Assembly (NCBI GenBank): GCA_964016885.1
Contig: OZ024743.1
Span: 308,078,001-308,142,000, forward strand
Origin: Eledone cirrhosa
Taxonomy: Eukaryota
Reading direction: 5' to 3'
Length of the DNA: 64,000 nucleotides
The notes beneath the pieces were generated by a model. It saw only the letters and a program-made list of their open reading frames with translations. It was not told the origin of the DNA and searched no databases. Below are positions 1 to 14,348 of this stretch, piece by piece; the stretch's first letter is position 1, and each line of letters opens with the position of its first letter. The position numbers and the translations under genes were made by a program.

Positions 1-192
1 ATATAAATATAATATATAAATATAATATATATATATAATATATAAATATAATATATAAATATAATATATATATATAATATATAAATATAATATATAAATA
101 TAATATATATATATATATAAATATAATATATATATATATATAAATATAATATATAAATATAATATATATATATATATAAATATAATATATAA

Positions 193-261
<69 letters not shown>

Positions 262-325
262 TAATATATATATATATATATATATATTAATATATATATA
301 TATAATATATATATATATAATATAT

Positions 326-359
<34 letters not shown>

Positions 360-402
360 ATATAATATATATATATATATATATATAATATATATAATAT
401 AT

Positions 403-444
<42 letters not shown>

Positions 445-476
445 TATAATATATATATATAATATATATATATAAT

Positions 477-553
<77 letters not shown>

Positions 554-907
554 TATATAATATATATATATAATATATATATATAATATATATATATAAT
601 ATATATATATAATATATATATATAATATATATATATAATATATATATATAATATATATATATATATAATATATATATATAATATATATATATAATATATA
701 TATATATATATAATATATAAATATAATATATATATATAATATATATATATATATATAATATATAAATATATATAATATATATATATATATATAATATATA
801 AATATATATAAAATATATAAATATATATAATATATAAATATATATAATATATAAATATATATAATATAAATATATATAAATATATATAATATATATAAAT
901 ATATATA

Positions 908-947
<40 letters not shown>

Positions 948-1266
948 TATATATAATATATATATATATATAATATATATATATATATAATATATATATA
1001 TATATAATATATATAATATATATAATATATATAATATATATATATAATATATATATAATATATATATAATATATATATAATATATATATAATATATATAT
1101 AATATATATATAATATATATATAATATATATATATATATAATATATATATATAAATATAATATATATATATATATAATATATATATATATAATATATATA
1201 TATATAATATATATATATATAATATATAATATATATATATATAATATATAATATATATATATATAT
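1..1266. repeat. (TA)n-derived AT-only microsatellite tract
   Basis: Almost exclusively TA dinucleotides with TAA/TAAA interruptions; produces the spurious IY-repeat ORF. Confidence 0.97.
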
Positions 1267-3362
1267 GCCAAAACACTAAGTATCAAAGTAGTATTAAGCA
1301 AGTAATAAGAAACTTAAAATGATATACATTAGATTAGATGGTTAAATAAATATTTTAGCACCAATCTTGGTTGAAAAGCTGGAATTTACATTTAACTAAT
1401 ACCGGTTTCAGTATGCACAATGACAACGTTTTTCACAAACATAATTTGGCACCAAAGACATTGTAACAGACTAATGGTTGCTCAATTGCGAAAAACAAGT
1501 AACAACTATTAACCCTTGGTAACAAACCGCCTGAGACCGCTCCTGGTTCTACAATATAAGACAGTTTTTATGTGTTTATATTTACCTAAAAATCTTCCCT
1601 CATAATTTGCTAAGTTATGTTCAAAACAATGAGAAAGTTATATTACCAACTTTTTCTAAATTCTTGATTATTTTCAACATTATTTGTAAATCATAGGCAG
1701 TGTCTCATTAGAAATATAGTTACCAAAGGGTTAAAGAATGCAAATGAGCACTGTAGAAAGAAAAGTTTGGCAAAGCAGTAAGATAGTTTTTTTGGGGGGG
1801 GGGGGGGGGTAGAAGTGATGTCTTTTCTGTTGTTTGAAAAAGCAAACAGACAAAACAACAACAAACATCGCCAAGAATAATGAAATTTGGAACACAAACA
1901 ATATTCAAAGATATATGGATTGACTGAAATATATATTCAAGGAAGTTGAAAACTAAGAGGAAAATACTGAACAGAAGAGACTGAGCAAAAGAAAAACACT
2001 ACTTATGTATAATTCAGAGCGGAAGTTGTCAAATAATAACAGAAATAAACTTCCGGTGTGCTAACTCCACGACCCGAATACCATTCCTGGTAGGTTAATT
2101 GTAGTCATTTCACATCCTTTTAGATTGCTAATGTTTCCAAGAAAGATATGAACGCCACACAATACCACCACCCCTCCCTTCTAAATTGGGGCATTGTGAA
2201 ACTATTGTCAAAAGGCAATTATGAAAATTTCTGCTACATTATGGGAATTACAAAATAAAAGATATTACTATGAACTTACGTTTTGTGTGTTTAAGAAAAT
2301 ACTTGTATCAATAATTAGTCAAAGCAATAAAATAATCACTGCTGTGATGTTTGAAAAGGGTGTTGTGTTTATTTTTAAATGACTGGAGCAATAAAGAGTA
2401 ATATAGCAACATATATATTGATAAATAAGTAGGAAGTAGTAGCACCAATTAAAGTACATTGATTTATTGCATCCACACCTAAACTGGTATATATTTTTAG
2501 TGGAGGAGAAATGAGAACATTCTTGGCTTTCATAGTCAAAATGTGTTTTCATTTTTTTTTTGGGGGGGGGGGGGGATATAGTTAAGACTAAAGAGATCAA
2601 GCCAATGGTTCTCACCCTTTTCTCTCCCAATGGCCCCTTTTGTTTAAATGAATGTTCCTACATATTCCCCCTCATTACAATACCCCCCCCCCACTGATTG
2701 TTATAGTGAAACTATCAACAGAGAGAAATGATTATATTTAGAGAAGTATGGATAACCAATAGCATCTGTATATTTCATTTACAATAGAGTATTTGAGATA
2801 TCGAACTTAGCTCACGGACACCCTGTACGACTTTTACTACTCCCACCCCACCTCATTCTGGGAACCACTGACTGATCAAACGTTTATTGTATTTAAGGAG
2901 ATTTTAAAGTAATGGTTACTAATTTAGACACAATGCCGGAGGAGAGAGAAACTCAGTAAATCAACCCCCAATACTTGATTTTATCTGCCCCAGAGGATTA
3001 GCATGCACAGTTGACATCAGCGCGATTTGAACTCAGAACATGATCTGCAATAATTCCGCTTGTATGGCTTAAAGTTAACATTATATTACATAATGCAATG
3101 GTGAACCCTTCCATTAAATAACAGTGTGGTAATGAGCCAAGAGCTAAACACACGTCCTGGTTATAATTTATTTCTCTGACGCTGTCCTTAGTCAACAACC
3201 TAGCATCACATTTCTTTTCTCTATACATATATTACGCTTTTTACACACCATTCAAAAGAAGTCACTTAGTTATTACAACTTGCAACAGAAAAATATTGGT
3301 ACATTTAAAGCTGAGACAATCTTGTCTATTTGGGCAGAGACAATACAGTAAATCTGGCTTGT

Positions 3363-3514
3363 TCAGTGTTTCTACCGACACAGTGGTGTATAGTTTGACC
3401 AGAAATATTTCTGGTATATAAATATTTTACATACTGGCTAATTTAGTGTTTCTACCGACAGTAGTGTAATAGTTTGACGAGAAATATTTGTGGCATATAA
3501 ATTATATTTTACAT
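3363..3514. repeat. Imperfect ~80 bp tandem duplication in the probable KLF 3' UTR
   Basis: agtgtttctaccgaca...tagtttgac.agaaatattt.tgg.atataaat...ttttacata occurs at ~3365 and ~3445. Confidence 0.85.
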
Positions 3515-3842
3515 AACGAGCTTCTGCTTACGGCTTATATACTTATTCCGTGTGTGGGGTGGGGAGCAAATGTCTTGTCTTTTTGGTTCAACATATCTTT
3601 ACAAATGACCAGTTGATTAAAGTAACTAAAACCATTTTCTTAAAACTTATATCTTAATTTCTGGACAATTTTATTTTCACTATTCATACATAGTATAAAC
3701 AATGTGGGCAACCCAGAAATAAAAGACCAAAGTTTTAAGAAAACAATTTGGCACCACAAAAATAACACAATAATAATAATGATAATAATAATAATAATAA
3801 TAAACGTACTTGACAATAATAAGTAGACATAATTAAATACTG

Positions 3843-5111
3843 TTATAACGATGCTCTTTTTCGGTGCACCTTAAGATGTTTGGAAAGGTGGTCCGAACGC
3901 GAAAATCGTTTTTCACAAAGTTTGCATTGGTAAGGTTTTATTCCTGAATGGGAGCGTTTATGCCTAGCAAGTTCGTCTGATCGTGAAAATCGCCAACCAC
4001 AGCCTGGCCATGTACAGTCAAACGGTTTCTCACCCGTGTGACGCCGCAAATGAGCTTTCAGGTGAGAACTTTTACTATATACTTTCACACAACCATCAAA
4101 TGTACAATGATATATCTTCTCCTCGTTTTTTGCCTCCTTGCTGTTACTGCCGGTTGAACGATTCGAAATTTCACCGGAGCTACGTGAAGAGACGTTTCCT
4201 GCATTGTTCACTTTTGACCCACGATTTTTTGTTGCATTGTTAGCTTTATTTTGGTTTTTGTTGGCGTTCGTTATGTTGTTTTGTTCATTTTTCTTACAAG
4301 AGTTGATCGTAGAGGTTTTGCTGCCTTTACTTGAAGAGTTGATATTTGATGTGATGAACTTAGTTAGCGATTCTGACAAGTTACTGTTGTTGATATCGTT
4401 GTCATCAAAGTTAAAGATTTTATGGCGCAGTGCAGAGTTGAGACGGGAATTATTTTGCCGTTTATTACGGTTCGTCAAAAGAGTGGTGGAATTATTGATG
4501 TTATTGTTGAGTTTATACAGTTGTGGTGGAACATGATAGTAATGTGGGTCTTGCGATGTGTGATACTTGTCTGGCGTGTGACCATCAAGTGCAGTGTGCA
4601 TCAGACTTTGCAAACCAACTCCAAGAACTATCAGTTCGTTGTCGGATAAAGAAAATACTTCATCAAAACTATCACAGTTGTCCAGCGAGTCATTTCCGTT
4701 ACTATAGCAACTGCTGCTAATACTGCTGTTGCTGTTAGACAAGTCCATGGATAACTCTGAAGTACTGGAGGAAATATCAGAAAAACTTGAGGAAGAACTT
4801 TGGGAACCGTCCGTGTGGCCTACTAAATGTGATGACGTCACGGGGGAAGGACACGGCGAACACAGTCGTGATTTAACATTGGTAGGGGAGCGTACTGGGT
4901 CAATGGTATCCGCTAGGCCTTGAGAAAACAAATACTCCAAATAAACGTCATCACCGAGTCCATCGTGACTCCAGCTGTTTAATGGACTGGCACAGCGGAG
5001 GTCGGTTAGTGTGCTGACATCGTTTTCCTCTTTTGAAGAATTCAACCTCTGTAATGTGTACTGTTCTCGAGCCAAGCTGGAGCAGAGAGGTATAAACTCT
5101 TCCATCATCAT
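3843..5111 (-). CDS. KLF15: Kruppel-like factor, KLF15/Bteb2 type, with three C-terminal C2H2 zinc fingers
   Basis: Uninterrupted ORF ending [106 protein letters not shown] and SHSG(I/V)KPYQC match the KLF15 subfamily as recalled. First ATG at 5111 (the ORF track starts at GTG 5138); an upstream exon cannot be excluded. Confidence 0.92.
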   Translation of the reverse strand: MMMEEFIPLCSSLAREQYTLQRLNSSKEENDVSTLTDLRCASPLNSWSHDGLGDDVYLEYLFSQGLADTIDPVRSPTNVKSRLCSPCPSPVTSSHLVGHTDGSQSSSSSFSDISSSTSELSMDLSNSNSSISSSCYSNGNDSLDNCDSFDEVFSLSDNELIVLGVGLQSLMHTALDGHTPDKYHTSQDPHYYHVPPQLYKLNNNINNSTTLLTNRNKRQNNSRLNSALRHKIFNFDDNDINNSNLSESLTKFITSNINSSSKGSKTSTINSCKKNEQNNITNANKNQNKANNATKNRGSKVNNAGNVSSRSSGEISNRSTGSNSKEAKNEEKIYHCTFDGCVKVYSKSSHLKAHLRRHTGEKPFDCTWPGCGWRFSRSDELARHKRSHSGIKPYQCKLCEKRFSRSDHLSKHLKVHRKRASL

Positions 5112-6744
5112 ACCGTTTCGACACCGGTAAACAACCACCTGTTGTCCTGTTTAGCTAAACAGTATGACAACGCATAGATTTGCCAAGCTGATTAGGATGC
5201 AATATTTCTTTTTAACTAAACAAAAAAATGTAAATTTGTCGATCCAGTTGTTGGTACACAAACACTTAACTTGGCATTGGTTTTATTCACTCTCCACAAA
5301 TGCATTCTGTATATACACAATGTCTATATATATATATTAAACATACATTTGGTTGATCGGTGAAAATAAGTGAATATGTTGCTATCAGTGCCGTCTTTCT
5401 TTGAATTTCTTTGTAAGTAAAAATTTACCTAATTTCATTAGAGAATAAGTATTGTTGGAAGAGAAGACAGAGGAAAGAAGAAAAAACTAAAATTTCAAGA
5501 AAATGCTATTTTGTTCTAGAACAATAATAATCTTCGACTCTTTCTCTTTAGCATCTGTGATTTTTTCTGCTTTTATCAATGAAGCTCGAGTAACATTGAA
5601 GTAATATATTCCCGATGATGATTGTGTTTGTTTCGTTTTTTTTTTTTGTGTGTATTTCTTCCAATTTTTATTTGGAGAAAATAAGAGGAATGGAATATTT
5701 TTTTCAACTGTCACACACAGTAACGGTGTTTGTTCACTGCTCAGCTGATGTCACACACACACACTGAATTATTACTACTACTAGTCGTCGTAGTAGAGGT
5801 AGTAGTAGTGGTGGTACCAGTACGACGGATGTTATTTTCGTTTTACTTGACAACAGGAGAGAGAGAATGTGTATGTCACATGCAAGAGAGTGAAAGAGAA
5901 ATGCATCCAAAGGAAAAAAAACTACTAACAAGTGGTCAAAGTAGAGAGAGAGAGAGAGATTAAAGAGTGTAATGTTAAAAAAAAAAAACCGGAGGGATGT
6001 GATTTAAAAAAGAAAATCAAGCAAAAATAAAAATATAAAAAATTCTGGTTGATGGTTTCGAAATAGTAATTCCTTGAAAATTCCTTGAAAATGAACAAAA
6101 ATACGACAGTTTTTATATACTCCAGTCAAGTTTGTATTTGTACATGGAATAATATTCCGACGTCACAGTATGGACAGTTGTTTTTAACTCGAACGACAGC
6201 AACAATACGAAGAAATTGGGTCTTTCTCCTAATTTACTGCAATAAAAGACATGCACAATTCACTCTTTTTTTCCTTCACTCCCAGGGTTATTTCTTTAAC
6301 TTTTTTGTTTTATGTGCGGTTCCATTTAGCACATACGTCTCCGATAATGTTGTTAGTTAATATTATAAACTTGTGTAGTTTAAACGGTCACACTGGGTTT
6401 TCGAAATAGTCACAGATGTAAATAAGACAGAAAAAATTGTAAATCATGTGTTTTTGTTTGTTTGTTTTGTATAGTATGTTTTTTTTTTTTTGGGGGGGGG
6501 GTTCTCTCTTGTTACCCCTTCAAAGTGAAAGACTTCGTTTTAGTTGTTTTTATGTTATTTTTATGTCAACGCGTCTTTCGCTCAAAACTTTCACTGACTG
6601 CAATATTTTTGTTTTGCCAAAGTGACAGAGAGAGAGAAGGGCACACAAGCAAATCACAGTGTATATGTGTGTCACAGCTAGTGGCTGACTTGCTGCTTAT
6701 TGTGTTGCTGTCCCATCGTCATCAGCGCATGGTGTCAAATAAGT

Positions 6745-6910
6745 GAAGAGATTGGGGTAAATAGGTAGGTGGTTAAACTTTCACGTGAATATGTTGACGA
6801 CTGGAAAGCGCTGGGGGTATTTATTCAAGACGATAAGTTAAGTGCCTTGGCAGGATCGCTGATTGGGTAGTGGCCAAGCTGGCACGTAGAAGTTAAGACA
6901 CGTGACAGTC
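6745..6910 (-). promoter_or_regulatory. Candidate KLF15 promoter with E-boxes and CCAAT boxes
   Basis: CACGTG at 6782-6787 and 6899-6904, CACGTA at 6883-6888, minus-strand CCAAT at 6751-6755 and 6862-6866, in a locally GC-richer non-repeat stretch upstream of the gene. Confidence 0.45.
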
Positions 6911-8061
6911 GCGGCCTGAGAGCCAACCTTTGAACTTGCAGTTAGAAAGACAGACAGAATTGAAGGAGAAAGAAAAGAAGAAAGAATGCAGCAAGTGTCG
7001 AAATAGAAAATCAAGCAAATGTTTTAAATAGCTGAACATTTCTAATATAGGATAAAACTGTAGACGCCACAGTCAGTGACTATTTCGCTCCACTCCTCCC
7101 CAATCTTGGATGCTACAGTAAAAGTGAGGGCCACTGCTTCTGTAGCCGAATGGAATAAAATTCTGTAATACCGGGAATTATCAACAAACCATTTCTTTCA
7201 GCCTGTATGGGGGAGCTGTGCCGATGACAATGAAGTTCTTGTCATCGTTGGCGGCTCGCCTTACCGAGGCGTCAGGTGATACCCGCGAGGTTGTTTGGTT
7301 GTTCCAACATCTGAGGTAATGCTGCTAGCGTGTTGGTTTGCTTTCAAAAGTATTAGAGAGAATCTACGGCACCCCGTATGTTGTATGACCGATTGATACA
7401 GTGTTGAATTAATATTTTCTTTCGTTTTGATTCTATATTTTTATGTGAAATATTTATGTAATTAAGTATTGTATGTATTATTTGTGCGTATATTTTCATT
7501 GTCACGTTAACTTCCAGAAGAAAATATAAAATGTAGTATTAGTTTCCTGAAGAAACGAGATTCGAATAAAATAGAAAACGAAAGGAGAAGCCTGCCTCTA
7601 CACACGCACACACAGGGTGTCCCCCCCCCCCCAAAAAAAAAATGTAAACACACTTCAACAGCATTCTAATAAATATATATATATACATTTTGGGGGACAC
7701 CTTATATATATCCCCCACTGAGACCGTCTGTCTAATTAAATATACTCTATTTCAATTAAGGAAGAATTTTGAGGGAATAACTAAAATTATGAATTACTTC
7801 ATTACTAAGATAGTAACTTAACATAATTCTCTTGGGTGGCTATGATTCATAGAACCAGAACTGGTTTGGATAATAAAATTCACCTCCTCTCTTCCTTAAT
7901 AAATAAAAATAATACTTGGTTTTATACTCTATATATTTAATGAAAAATATTATTAAACAAAAATGGTTTGAAAGCAAAATCGATGATGCAGTTCGAACCC
8001 CCATCTCACCCTTAGATTAGTAAAGCAACCTTCTTTTCTCACATCCTCTTTCTTCCTCCAC

Positions 8062-8092
<31 letters not shown>

Positions 8093-8611
8093 TATATAAG
8101 ATTATATATACAGCAGATGACAAATTTATAACTTGTGGTTCTTAGTTATCTCCCTTTATATTGAGTTCAAATCCTGTGGCGGTTGATTTTTTTTTACCTT
8201 TCACTCTTCCAGGGTTGATAAATTGCTTATTTTATCCCAGTCATGTACCGGGACTCCACCTTCATCCTCATCCACTACATACTTTCTCCAACACAAAAAA
8301 GTATGTAATCTCGTTCCTATTTTTTTTTTACACACATTTACATATACCTATATAATTGCTCGTTCGGTCTCAATCTGCTAGAAATAGCAGCCAAATATCA
8401 CGTTAGACTGTCTTTAAATAAAGAAGGATAAACTTGACAATGTAGGGCTCTCATATAGAAAGTGGGGGAGAGCCGTGGTCAGAACGCCTTTGACCGTAGA
8501 TTAGTTGGATCAAACTGACTTGAGACTAAACACCAATATTACATAAATATTTAAATTAATATCAACTCCCGTGTCAAGGCACGAATACCCTGATTTGTAA
8601 GGGATTACTTG

Positions 8612-8900
8612 AAGGTACGTGGTTTACTGGTTACGGAATTCGACTCACGATCGTTAGGCGTGAGTTCAATTCCCGGCGGTGCATTGTGTCCGTGAACAAA
8701 ACACTTTATTTCACGTTGCTTCAGTAGACTCAGCTGGGAAAAAGCGAGTTGTCCCTATAATTGAAAGGGTCAGCCTTTTCAAAAGCTAAATTACCTCGAG
8801 AACTCCGTTAAGGGTGCCTGTGGAATTCTCAGATATTTTCCATTTAAATTTTACGAGCAGGTTGTTTTATTGATCAACTCGTAACCAACGAAAGCTTAAC
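8612..8900 (+). mobile_element. tRNA-derived SINE (second family; related pieces at ~9155, 13035, 21955, 33377, 39790, 54648, 55205)
   Basis: A-box/B-box-like head (tggtttactggtta...gagttcaattccc) then ttgtgtcc.tga.caa.acactttatttcac.ttgct; head and tail segments recur across the window in both orientations. Confidence 0.7.
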
Positions 8901-9782
8901 AACACTTTTACATAAATCTACATAAATATAAACTCCGTTTCATGTAACAAAGATACTGATTTGTAAGGGAACATGAGTTTGTGGGGAGGGTCATGGATGG
9001 AACACGTTTGATTAGGCTGCCCTGAAGTTAAACAACATTATACAAATGCTGGATCAAGTTGACCTGAGGCTAAATATCGCCACAGAGAGATATTTATATC
9101 AACATCGTGCTAAGTCACGAACAAACTGGTTTATATGGGAACACTGACACAACTATAGTTGTGTGGTTAAGTAGATCGTTTCACAAACACGGAGTTTCCG
9201 GTTCACTCTCACTGCGTGGTACCTTGTGCAAGTGTCTCTTACTATAGCCTCGACTTGACCAGTGCCTTGTGAGTGAAATTGAGTAGACGGAAACTGCAGC
9301 AGGCCGTATTATATAGGCACACACACATATACACACATGTATATATATGTGTGTGTGTGTGTGTATAACATTGATAAGCTTCAGCCAGTATTGGCCAGGC
9401 CATATCTAACTTAATAGCACCACACACACATATATATATACGCACGCACACACCGACTTACACCCCACGCACGCACGCACATTTTCCTGAACATGGAACC
9501 TCGTTCTTCCTCCAACTCTCACATTCACATACACACGCACCTACACACATACAGAAACACCACCTTCAGCCTTCCCCGCTTCGACCCCCGCCTCCCTCTC
9601 CCAACTCCACCCGCTACCACCCTTACACGCCTCACACCCTTCCACCACTTGTTCATTTTATTGTTTATTCTTATGTTTATTTTTACGTTTATTTTTATTT
9701 GTTCTCCTTCCCCCTTTTTTCTAAATGTATTTCCACCTCTCCTCCACACACCCTCGGAACTCTCTTCCTAACCTATTTCCTC

Positions 9783-9808
9783 CTGAAGAAGGGCTTATGC
9801 CCGAAACG
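9783..9808 (+). ncRNA. Degenerate minimal hammerhead core
   Basis: CTGAAGA-a-GGGC-ttat-GCCC-GAAACG; the cleavage triplet and stem I appear decayed; AATAAA follows at ~9840. Confidence 0.5.
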
Positions 9809-10499
9809 CCCCCCCCCTCACTCTCAAGAGCGTGAACCTAATAAACCTTTATTTGTCTGCCTCTCTGTTTTGTTCCCGTCCAAATTTGCACTATATATAC
9901 ATATATATATATGTACAAACACACACCCATACATACATACGAACATACCCACATACATAATCCTTTCAAGGTCAATAAAAAAAGTACCAGTCAAGTACTG
10001 AAATCGATTCTTCCTCTATACCTCTTTCTCACTTCTTCTCTTTCACGCTCTAGCCTTTTCTGGAAGAAATCTGTTGTATTCAGACCTGGAGAATGATGGA
10101 CTCCACGAAGTTAAAAAATACCCAAGAAACACCGGCGCCCCTACGACTCCAGGTCCCGTAACTTACAAAAAAAAAACGATGGATAAATACCAGACTTGAA
10201 AAATAAATATACTGAGGTTGATATGATCGACTAAATCCCTTTAAGGTCGTACTCCAGCTTGGCCGCAGTTTAATGAGTAAAACAAGTAAAATAATAAAGG
10301 AATATGTTTAGCTCTAGTCAAGAAGTAAATTAAAATATGAGCTACTCGACTCTCTAAGATTTAGACACCGCTTTAAAATGTTTAGCCACGTCTCAACAAA
10401 TAGCAAGCCTGCCAACCTCTAAAAACCCAAATGGGGAGTACCATGAAAAAAAAGTGTCTCAAAACGGGGAGAAATGAGACAAAATGGGGAGATTTTACA

Positions 10500-10678
10500 T
10501 AATTGTTTCGACTTTAGGCACAAGGCCAGCAATTACCCAGTGCATTACTGGTACTTTATTTTATCGACCCCGTAAGGATGAAAGGCAAAGTCAACCTCGG
10601 CGGGATTTGAACTCAGATCGTAAAGGGACGTAACTATGCTGGAAAGCATGGCGTCCGACCCTCTACCGATACTGCCAA
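10500..10678 (-). mobile_element. tRNA-derived SINE with Meta-domain-like core, young subfamily
   Basis: Near-identical to 41254-41432 (+) and 62469-62647 (-); B-box gagttcaaatcc followed by gcctttcatccttacggggtcgataaaataaagtaccag. Confidence 0.88.
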
Positions 10679-10959
10679 TCCACCGGGGAGATTTTACATA
10701 ATGAAAGCTATACCCATTTTCACAAGAGAAAACATCTCTCATCCACCCCAAAGTGGGTGGGAGATCTCCCCGTCCGACGGGGAGAGTTGAGAGGTCTGAA
10801 ATAGCAGTAGTGACGCAGTAGAAACTTTTTAATTCTTTTAATGATGTGAGTGTACATGTAGAAAGACATAAGCGTTGAAATGTCTCGTTTTCTCCTTCTA
10901 AACTATAAGACCTTTTTAGTGTATACAAAAAAGCAAATATAAATTTAGATGTGCCAAGC

Positions 10960-11275
10960 GTGCGTAGTGCCACCTCTCCTGTTCATAATTTTCATGGATA
11001 GGATTTTCGGGCTGGAAGTGATATCAGGTGATATCTGGAAGTGATATTCAGCTGGAATTTGCAGACGACATGGTATTACTCAACTCGTCGGAAAGTGATC
11101 TCCGACATGCATTTGAAAGGCTTGATGCCAAGTGCTGCATGGCTGGAATGAAAATCAGTGATGCGAAGACTGAGTTCTCATCCTCTCAAGGAAACATGCG
11201 CAGTGCACTCTACATGTGAAAGGAATTGCACTGAAGCAGGTGAAGAAGTTAAAAAATCTCGAGGCCGAGTTCACT
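10960..11275 (+). mobile_element. RTE LINE reverse transcriptase fragment
   Basis: LEFADDMVLL motif; nucleotide similarity to 24150-24430. Confidence 0.8.
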
Positions 11276-11411
11276 GAACTTCTCTGCTTAGTAATTTTCT
11301 TATTGTTGTTAGAGGAAGAAGTGTTAAAACTAGGTTAGTCAGCTTACAAAACTGTAATTTTACATAATCATATTTGGGAGAATGGGGCTTATAACTGGGA
11401 TGAGAGGGCGC

Positions 11412-11568
11412 ATATTGTAGAGTTTGCCTAGAGTGCTAAATACATGGACATACACTGTAGAGTTATCCTAGGGCACACATACATAGACACACACTGTAGA
11501 GCTAGCCTAGAGTGCTAAATACAGAGACACACATTGTAGAACTAACTTAGTGTACTAAATACACAAAC
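11412..11568. repeat. ~40 bp minisatellite, about 4 copies
   Basis: Repeated caca(c/t)tgtagag.ta.cctagagtgctaaataca.aga. Confidence 0.8.
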
Positions 11569-11959
11569 TCCGGCATTTAGTTAAGTATCCTACTATTTCT
11601 GATAATTTACTGTATGAAGTGCAATGTTATACAGGTACAACACTGATTTTCTTGCAACTGATAGTCCGGTACATCATTTGGGATTTTCAAGGACCCACCA
11701 GGCTTGTTAAGAAGTTACCGCTTGGCATTAAATTAAATTTTAAACACTCGCGCCTGCATATTTTCAGAGTTGAAGGGTAGGGAGAGTTTTCTGACTTCGT
11801 AATATGTTCCTTAGTGTATTATTATATAGTTCAGTTTTAACGGATAATCCGGCACGGGACTGGAATTGAGTGTGTCGAACAGAGGTAGACTGACTCTACG
11901 AGCATTTCGGCAATGCGTCCATGCTGGGGCACCACATTGAACGTTATTGTCCATCATAT

Positions 11960-12445
11960 CGATCCCGAGTTCAAATGCACCCGAGGTTAGCTTTGCCTTT
12001 CATCCTTATGGGGTTGATAAGATAAAGCACCAGTAAAGTACTGAGTTGATCTAATCGACTTCCCCCTCTCCACAAATTGCTGACCTTGTGCTTAAATTAG
12101 CGGTGGATTGGCAGTATCGGTAGAGCTTCAGACACCATGCTTTGCAGCCCTTTATGTTCTGAGTTCAAATTCCGTCAAGGTTAGTTTTGCCTTTCATCCT
12201 TACGGGGTCGATAAAATAAAACACCAGTAATGCACTGGGGTATTTGGTGGCCTTGTGCCAAAAGTAGAAACAGTTATATGTATTTTCATATTATGTTCTG
12301 AGTTTAAATCCCATCGAAATCAACTTTGCCTTTCATCTTTCCGGTGTCGATAAAATAAAGTGCCGGTCAAGTACTTGGATCGATATAATCGACTTTTCTT
12401 TTCCTTCAAAATTGCTGGCCTTGTGCTTAAATTAGAAATCCTTAT
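11960..12445 (+). mobile_element. Cluster of three tandem Meta-core SINE copies
   Basis: gagttcaaat...ctttgcctttcatc...gataa.ataaa..acc.gt repeated at ~11967, 12161 and 12300. Confidence 0.85.
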
Positions 12446-14348
12446 TATATTTTTCAATTACTTTGTATTTTGTATTGATTATTATAGAACAATAAATATG
12501 CTTATCGACGTCTGGAGAGATAAGAGATAAAAGTCGACAACTATGAGATTTGAACTCTGAACTGGACCAGAAGAAAACTAAAACAACAACACATCATTAA
12601 AACAGCCGATCTAACTTTTCTGGCAACAGCTTGAAACTTCTTGATGCCGTTTCAATTTCCCGTTGAACCGAATTAACGTTCATTCTTTCTTTTTTCCTGT
12701 AACTCCCGAGGAAGACGTAGGGGTGCCATATTAACATACGGCGTTTCTAAGGCATATTTCAGCCTGGCGGAGCCCATCTCCTCTCCAGTTCTGAAAATAG
12801 CAGATTTCTTCCAGAGAAGGATAGAGAAAAAGTGAGAGAATGGAAGTGAGAAAGAAATATAGACGAAGAATCTACCCCAGTACTAGACTGGTACATTTTC
12901 ATCGATCTGGAATGGATGAAAAGCAAAATTTACCTCGGTGGTAGAGTTGAAACGAATATCACATAGCATTCTATCTGACGTTTCTGTCAATTTGTCACCT
13001 TCAATTAACATGAGCTGCGTCATTTATATAACTGGTGCTACTCGTGAAATTAAGGTGGAAATGGCCGAGCAATCCACAGACACGTGTACTTTTAACGTAG
13101 TACTCAGAGATATTCTGTGTAATACAGGGTGTGACACTACTGCCCCTTTGAATTACAGGTAGAACTCTACAAGTTGAATGAACTGGGCAGTGTCTTTCAT
13201 TAGAAATATGGAAACAAAAGGATTTAGTTCCAAATACCAGATAAATGATAAGGAAGATATTTTACTGAATCCCTTCAAATGTTTGGTTATTTTCAAAATC
13301 ATAGGCAGTATTTTTCATGGGAAATGAATGTATTAATAGCAGTGAGCCCCGCCCCCTCCTCCTGTTAAATATGCGATGTCTAGTTCTTACACTCTCTCCT
13401 TCTCTGGGAGAAATCTGCTGTGTTCAGATCTGGAAAGTGATGGGCTTCACCAGGTTTAAAATGTCCCGCCGTATGTCATGTCGACGTTACAGTGACTCCA
13501 CCATTAGTTACGGTTCCATACATACACCTCTTATCGAGGTAGCCTGTTATTATGATGAAAGAAATGCATATTATTCGTGACCAGCCGGTTTTTATATGAG
13601 CATCAAACGAAAGAAGCCGATCGTTAGCTAGAACCGAGGTATTTTCATTGCTGATGTTGTGTGTCAGAAACACGAGAAGCAATTAGAACTCAAAACAGAC
13701 AGAGCAGCAACACATACCCCAAACTATTCTGTCTAACATTTTAATAATTCCGCCAATAGCAGCTCTGTAATTTGCAGTGGGAATTTTAAGACAGACTATT
13801 CGAAAGTTAAACGGCTTGAAATTGCGTCACCATATGATTTTTCCAGAACAACAGTTCCGCAACTAAGGTGAGCGGACCACTGCAGCTTCGTGAATTAAGT
13901 TCAATATTTCAAGTACGTTATTGAAAACCATAATATACACTCAATTTTTGGTATATATTCTTCTATAAATATACATACATTCCTCTCTTTCAATTGTTAT
14001 TAACGCCGGAGGGGAATAATTTGTACAGTCTGTGGGGAAATTTAATTAAATAATATGGGCCCTTTATAGTGAAAAGTTTGGGAATTACTGGCCCAGAAGA
14101 TTGCTTCAACAATACGGTATTTTCACCAATTAATTGCAGTCGACAATATATATTAGAAAGGAGCATTGGGAGAGAACAAGAAAAAAATAACTCATTGGGT
14201 GTTGAGAATCTACACATGAACTCACACACATGTTATAAATATATATGTGTGTGTATGTATACACACACACATATATATATAACTTTGATAGATTTCGGCC
14301 CGTGTTGGCCCAGGCTATATCTAGCACCAACTGTATATCTATATATAA

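Noticed and set aside
287-1276. Long Ile/Tyr-rich ORFs (also at 16.2, 19.5-20.6, 36-38 and 39.3 kb)
   Set aside because: Translations of (TA)n, (TATG)n and (CA)n microsatellites; no coding signal.
3983-4923. Plus-strand ORFs overlapping the KLF gene
   Set aside because: Antisense shadows of the KLF coding sequence.
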